NCBI RefSeq assembly: GCF_001194135.2
Contig: NC_068982.1
Location: forward strand, 150,715,854 to 150,779,853
From: Octopus bimaculoides
Taxonomy: Eukaryota
Length of the DNA: 64,000 nucleotides
Direction of reading: 5' to 3'
Part shown: piece by piece, positions 63,501 to 64,000 of the stretch
How positions within the stretch are numbered: position 1 is the stretch's first letter
How the letters are laid out: every line of letters starts with the position of its first letter
Program-made: the position numbers and the translations under genes
Notes under the pieces: model-generated
The model's input: the letters and a program-made list of their open reading frames with translations, nothing else
Told to the model about the DNA's origin: nothing
Database searches by the model: none

Positions 63501-63671
63501 GCCACTAACAATTGAAATAGTCTGTAACAAAGTAATGAGATTAAAAGAGAAATATGTCTTACCTCAAACTTGCCACTATCTTTTCTTCCTAACTTCTCAC
63601 CAACATTCATATTAAATATTATCCAAAATATAATATATACTGCTAAATTTGATAGCACTGTAAAAGCATAA
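37064..63671 (-). CDS. MFSD12: MFSD12-like major facilitator superfamily transporter, 3' part; 5' exons beyond right edge
   Basis: Exons 63563-63671, 62042-62224, 55515-55607, 54481-54573, 49939-50109, 47804-47898, 43812-43948, 37064-37140 chain in phase. Motifs YAFTVLSN, MTWKDWWYEPQFY, YMGTRLFLNISQ.YLP and ESAAFVYGS.S..DK.ANG are colinear with human MFSD12 as recalled. Confidence 0.9.
37643..37870. mobile_element. piggyBac-like MITE, family 2
   Basis: TTAA-ccctttcgttac...gtaatgaaacgg-TTAA. Confidence 0.8.
40240..41010 (-). mobile_element. Ty3/Gypsy integrase relic
   Basis: GWISHYGVHATIT.D..RQFES.LF..TTSYHPASNGIVE and PLIPPYSGPY..TVTVDRIK (GPY/F module). Confidence 0.85.
41202..42086 (-). 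mobile_element. Mariner derivative built from two head-to-head 5' ends
   Basis: TA flanks; 41204-41481 is inverted-homologous to about 41845-42084; LGMRRVSAKFVPKL relic. Confidence 0.85.
42850..43640 (+). mobile_element. RTE-BovB-like LINE RT relic
   Basis: IIRSFHN..KQGCVM..VLFAIYFSAML..GVHIQFRTEG..EFLLADN; stops present. Confidence 0.8.
43812..43948 (-). CDS. MFSD12: MFSD12-like exon (TGNCCGDCLC...PQKIGVRKRT)
   Basis: ttttacacag acceptor, phase 2; donor A|GTAGGT at 43811, or read-through to a stop at 43765. Confidence 0.85.
44360..44993. other. Assembly gap (largest; others at 5216-5370, 20032-20521, 23140-23420, 24713-24812 and five short ones)
   Basis: Runs of N. Confidence 1.
44994..45245 (+). 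mobile_element. SINE family A, 3' part (young, CpG-rich)
   Basis: ggaaactgaaagaagcccgtcg..gcggtgctccagcatggctgcagtcaaatgactgaaacaagtaaaagag; diverged inverted copy at about 51370-51560. Confidence 0.75.
47804..47898 (-). CDS. MFSD12: MFSD12-like exon (ESAAFVYGSLSLIDKCANGIAVVVIQHLLAM)
   Basis: tttttacag acceptor, AA|GTAAGT donor. Confidence 0.92.
48510..49160 (-). mobile_element. Tx1/L1-like LINE RT relic
   Basis: RSIHNNLHLIQYIVE..GGTLINLDLSKVFIRVDHHYLETVL, HQGSLLPPLLYVL. Confidence 0.8.
49190..49845 (+). mobile_element. Unclassified repeat flanked by (AAT/GAT)n with internal ~65 bp direct repeat
   Basis: ctgttaatcttgatat..caccatgtcg..catatggtt..gatgcatgtgcct occurs at about 49215 and 49655. 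Confidence 0.55.
49939..50109 (-). CDS. MFSD12: MFSD12-like exon (LTFVIGL...TTELIATNT)
   Basis: atttcag acceptor, ACA|GTAAGT donor, 57 codons. Confidence 0.92.
54481..54573 (-). CDS. MFSD12: MFSD12-like exon (KYIAIVPLVVYIFSFLTTLIMKLVNSTIGAK)
   Basis: atttcag acceptor, AAG|GTAAGA donor. Confidence 0.92.
55515..55607 (-). CDS. MFSD12: MFSD12-like exon (IGVIYMGTRLFLNISQIYLPLYVLDTIQLNK)
   Basis: acttacag acceptor, GC donor AAG|GCAAGT; absent from ORF track. Confidence 0.9.
55849..57147 (+). mobile_element. Near full-length decayed mariner transposon
   Basis: About 30 bp TIRs (aaagttcatag.ctgac), TA flanks, WVPCLLT and PYSPDLAP motifs split over frameshifted ORFs 56023-57062. Confidence 0.92.
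57390..57550. repeat. (GT)n(GA)n microsatellite spanning a gap
   Basis: Direct reading. Confidence 0.95.
57630..58142. mobile_element. Two family-1 TTAA MITEs in inverted orientation
   Basis: 57630-57850 (+) and 57934-58142 (-), ending ggttaa / ttaaccc. Confidence 0.7.
58230..60540 (+). mobile_element. Fragmented CR1/L2-like LINE (58230-58830 and about 60040-60540), interrupted by younger repeats
   Basis: SINSSVP..ITPILFLLYIN; later PTLEY..LTNPL.PLAH relics; resembles 29930-30270. Confidence 0.5.
61117..61995 (-). mobile_element. Internally deleted mariner
   Basis: TIRs cgaggtggtatcaaaa.ttcctgga.tagtt, TA flanks, PHSPDLAPVDFHLFPK. Confidence 0.92.
62042..62224 (-). CDS. MFSD12: MFSD12-like exon (LLVFIVTGIG...WWYEPQFYM)
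   Basis: attttcag acceptor, ATG|GTATAT donor, 61 codons. Confidence 0.92.
62404..62632 (-). mobile_element. Family-1 TTAA MITE
   Basis: ttaacccattagcattc...aatgctaaagggtt. Confidence 0.75.
63563..63671 (-). CDS. MFSD12: MFSD12-like exon (YAFTVLSNLAVY...DSGKFE)
   Basis: tttttttcag acceptor, GAG|GTAAGA donor. Confidence 0.9.
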
Positions 63672-64000
63672 CTGAAAAAAAGGAAAAATTAAAAAAAACT
63701 TATAATGGTGACGAAAGAAGAGAAAAACATTGTCACACTTACATCGACAACTTGATTACAAACACTGGCCTGAAATGTATCCAGGACCTCAAGACAGTGA
63801 TTTTGGACCGAGAAGTGTAGTGGGTGGACTTTGTTGCTGTGGTCCAGGTTGGAACCCGGCCATAATAATGATAAATAATGTCAGTAGAATATGTATGTAG
63901 AGTGTCCTAATGAAGTAATTTTGGAATTTGGATTTAATCCATAATTGAGTTATTTCATTCAAATTACATCTTTGGACTGCTCCAAATAACACAATGAAAG

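Overview
AT-rich, repeat-dense animal genomic DNA with 10 N-gaps. The SINE/LINE families suggest a coleoid cephalopod, probably Octopus (inference from recall, not searched). Two spliced genes lie in tandem on the minus strand, both reconstructed by hand with phase-consistent junctions. (1) The 5' end of an axonemal dynein heavy chain-like gene (DNAH5/DNAH8-like tail, DHC_N1 region): ATG at 25730, 11 exons, 719 codons, running off the left edge. (2) The 3' part of an MFSD12-like MFS transporter: 8 exons, 63671 to about 37064, with the 5' end beyond the right edge. Each gene appears to have one GC-AG intron. The rest is a mosaic of tRNA-type SINEs, RTE, BovB-like, R4/Dong, CR1/L2-like, Tx1-like and possibly Penelope retroelements, Gypsy relics, four mariners, TTAA-flanked MITEs and microsatellites. 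There is no rRNA, intact tRNA or CRISPR. The most unusual structures are a ~1 kb inverted duplication wedged between a Gypsy LTR and its gag ATG in dynein intron 1, a (TAA)n 'landing pad' of strand-polarised R4/Dong LINE ends and SINEs, a LINE-borne 115-bp higher-order minisatellite, and a mariner end carrying an RFX X-box. I found no clearly new protein-coding system.
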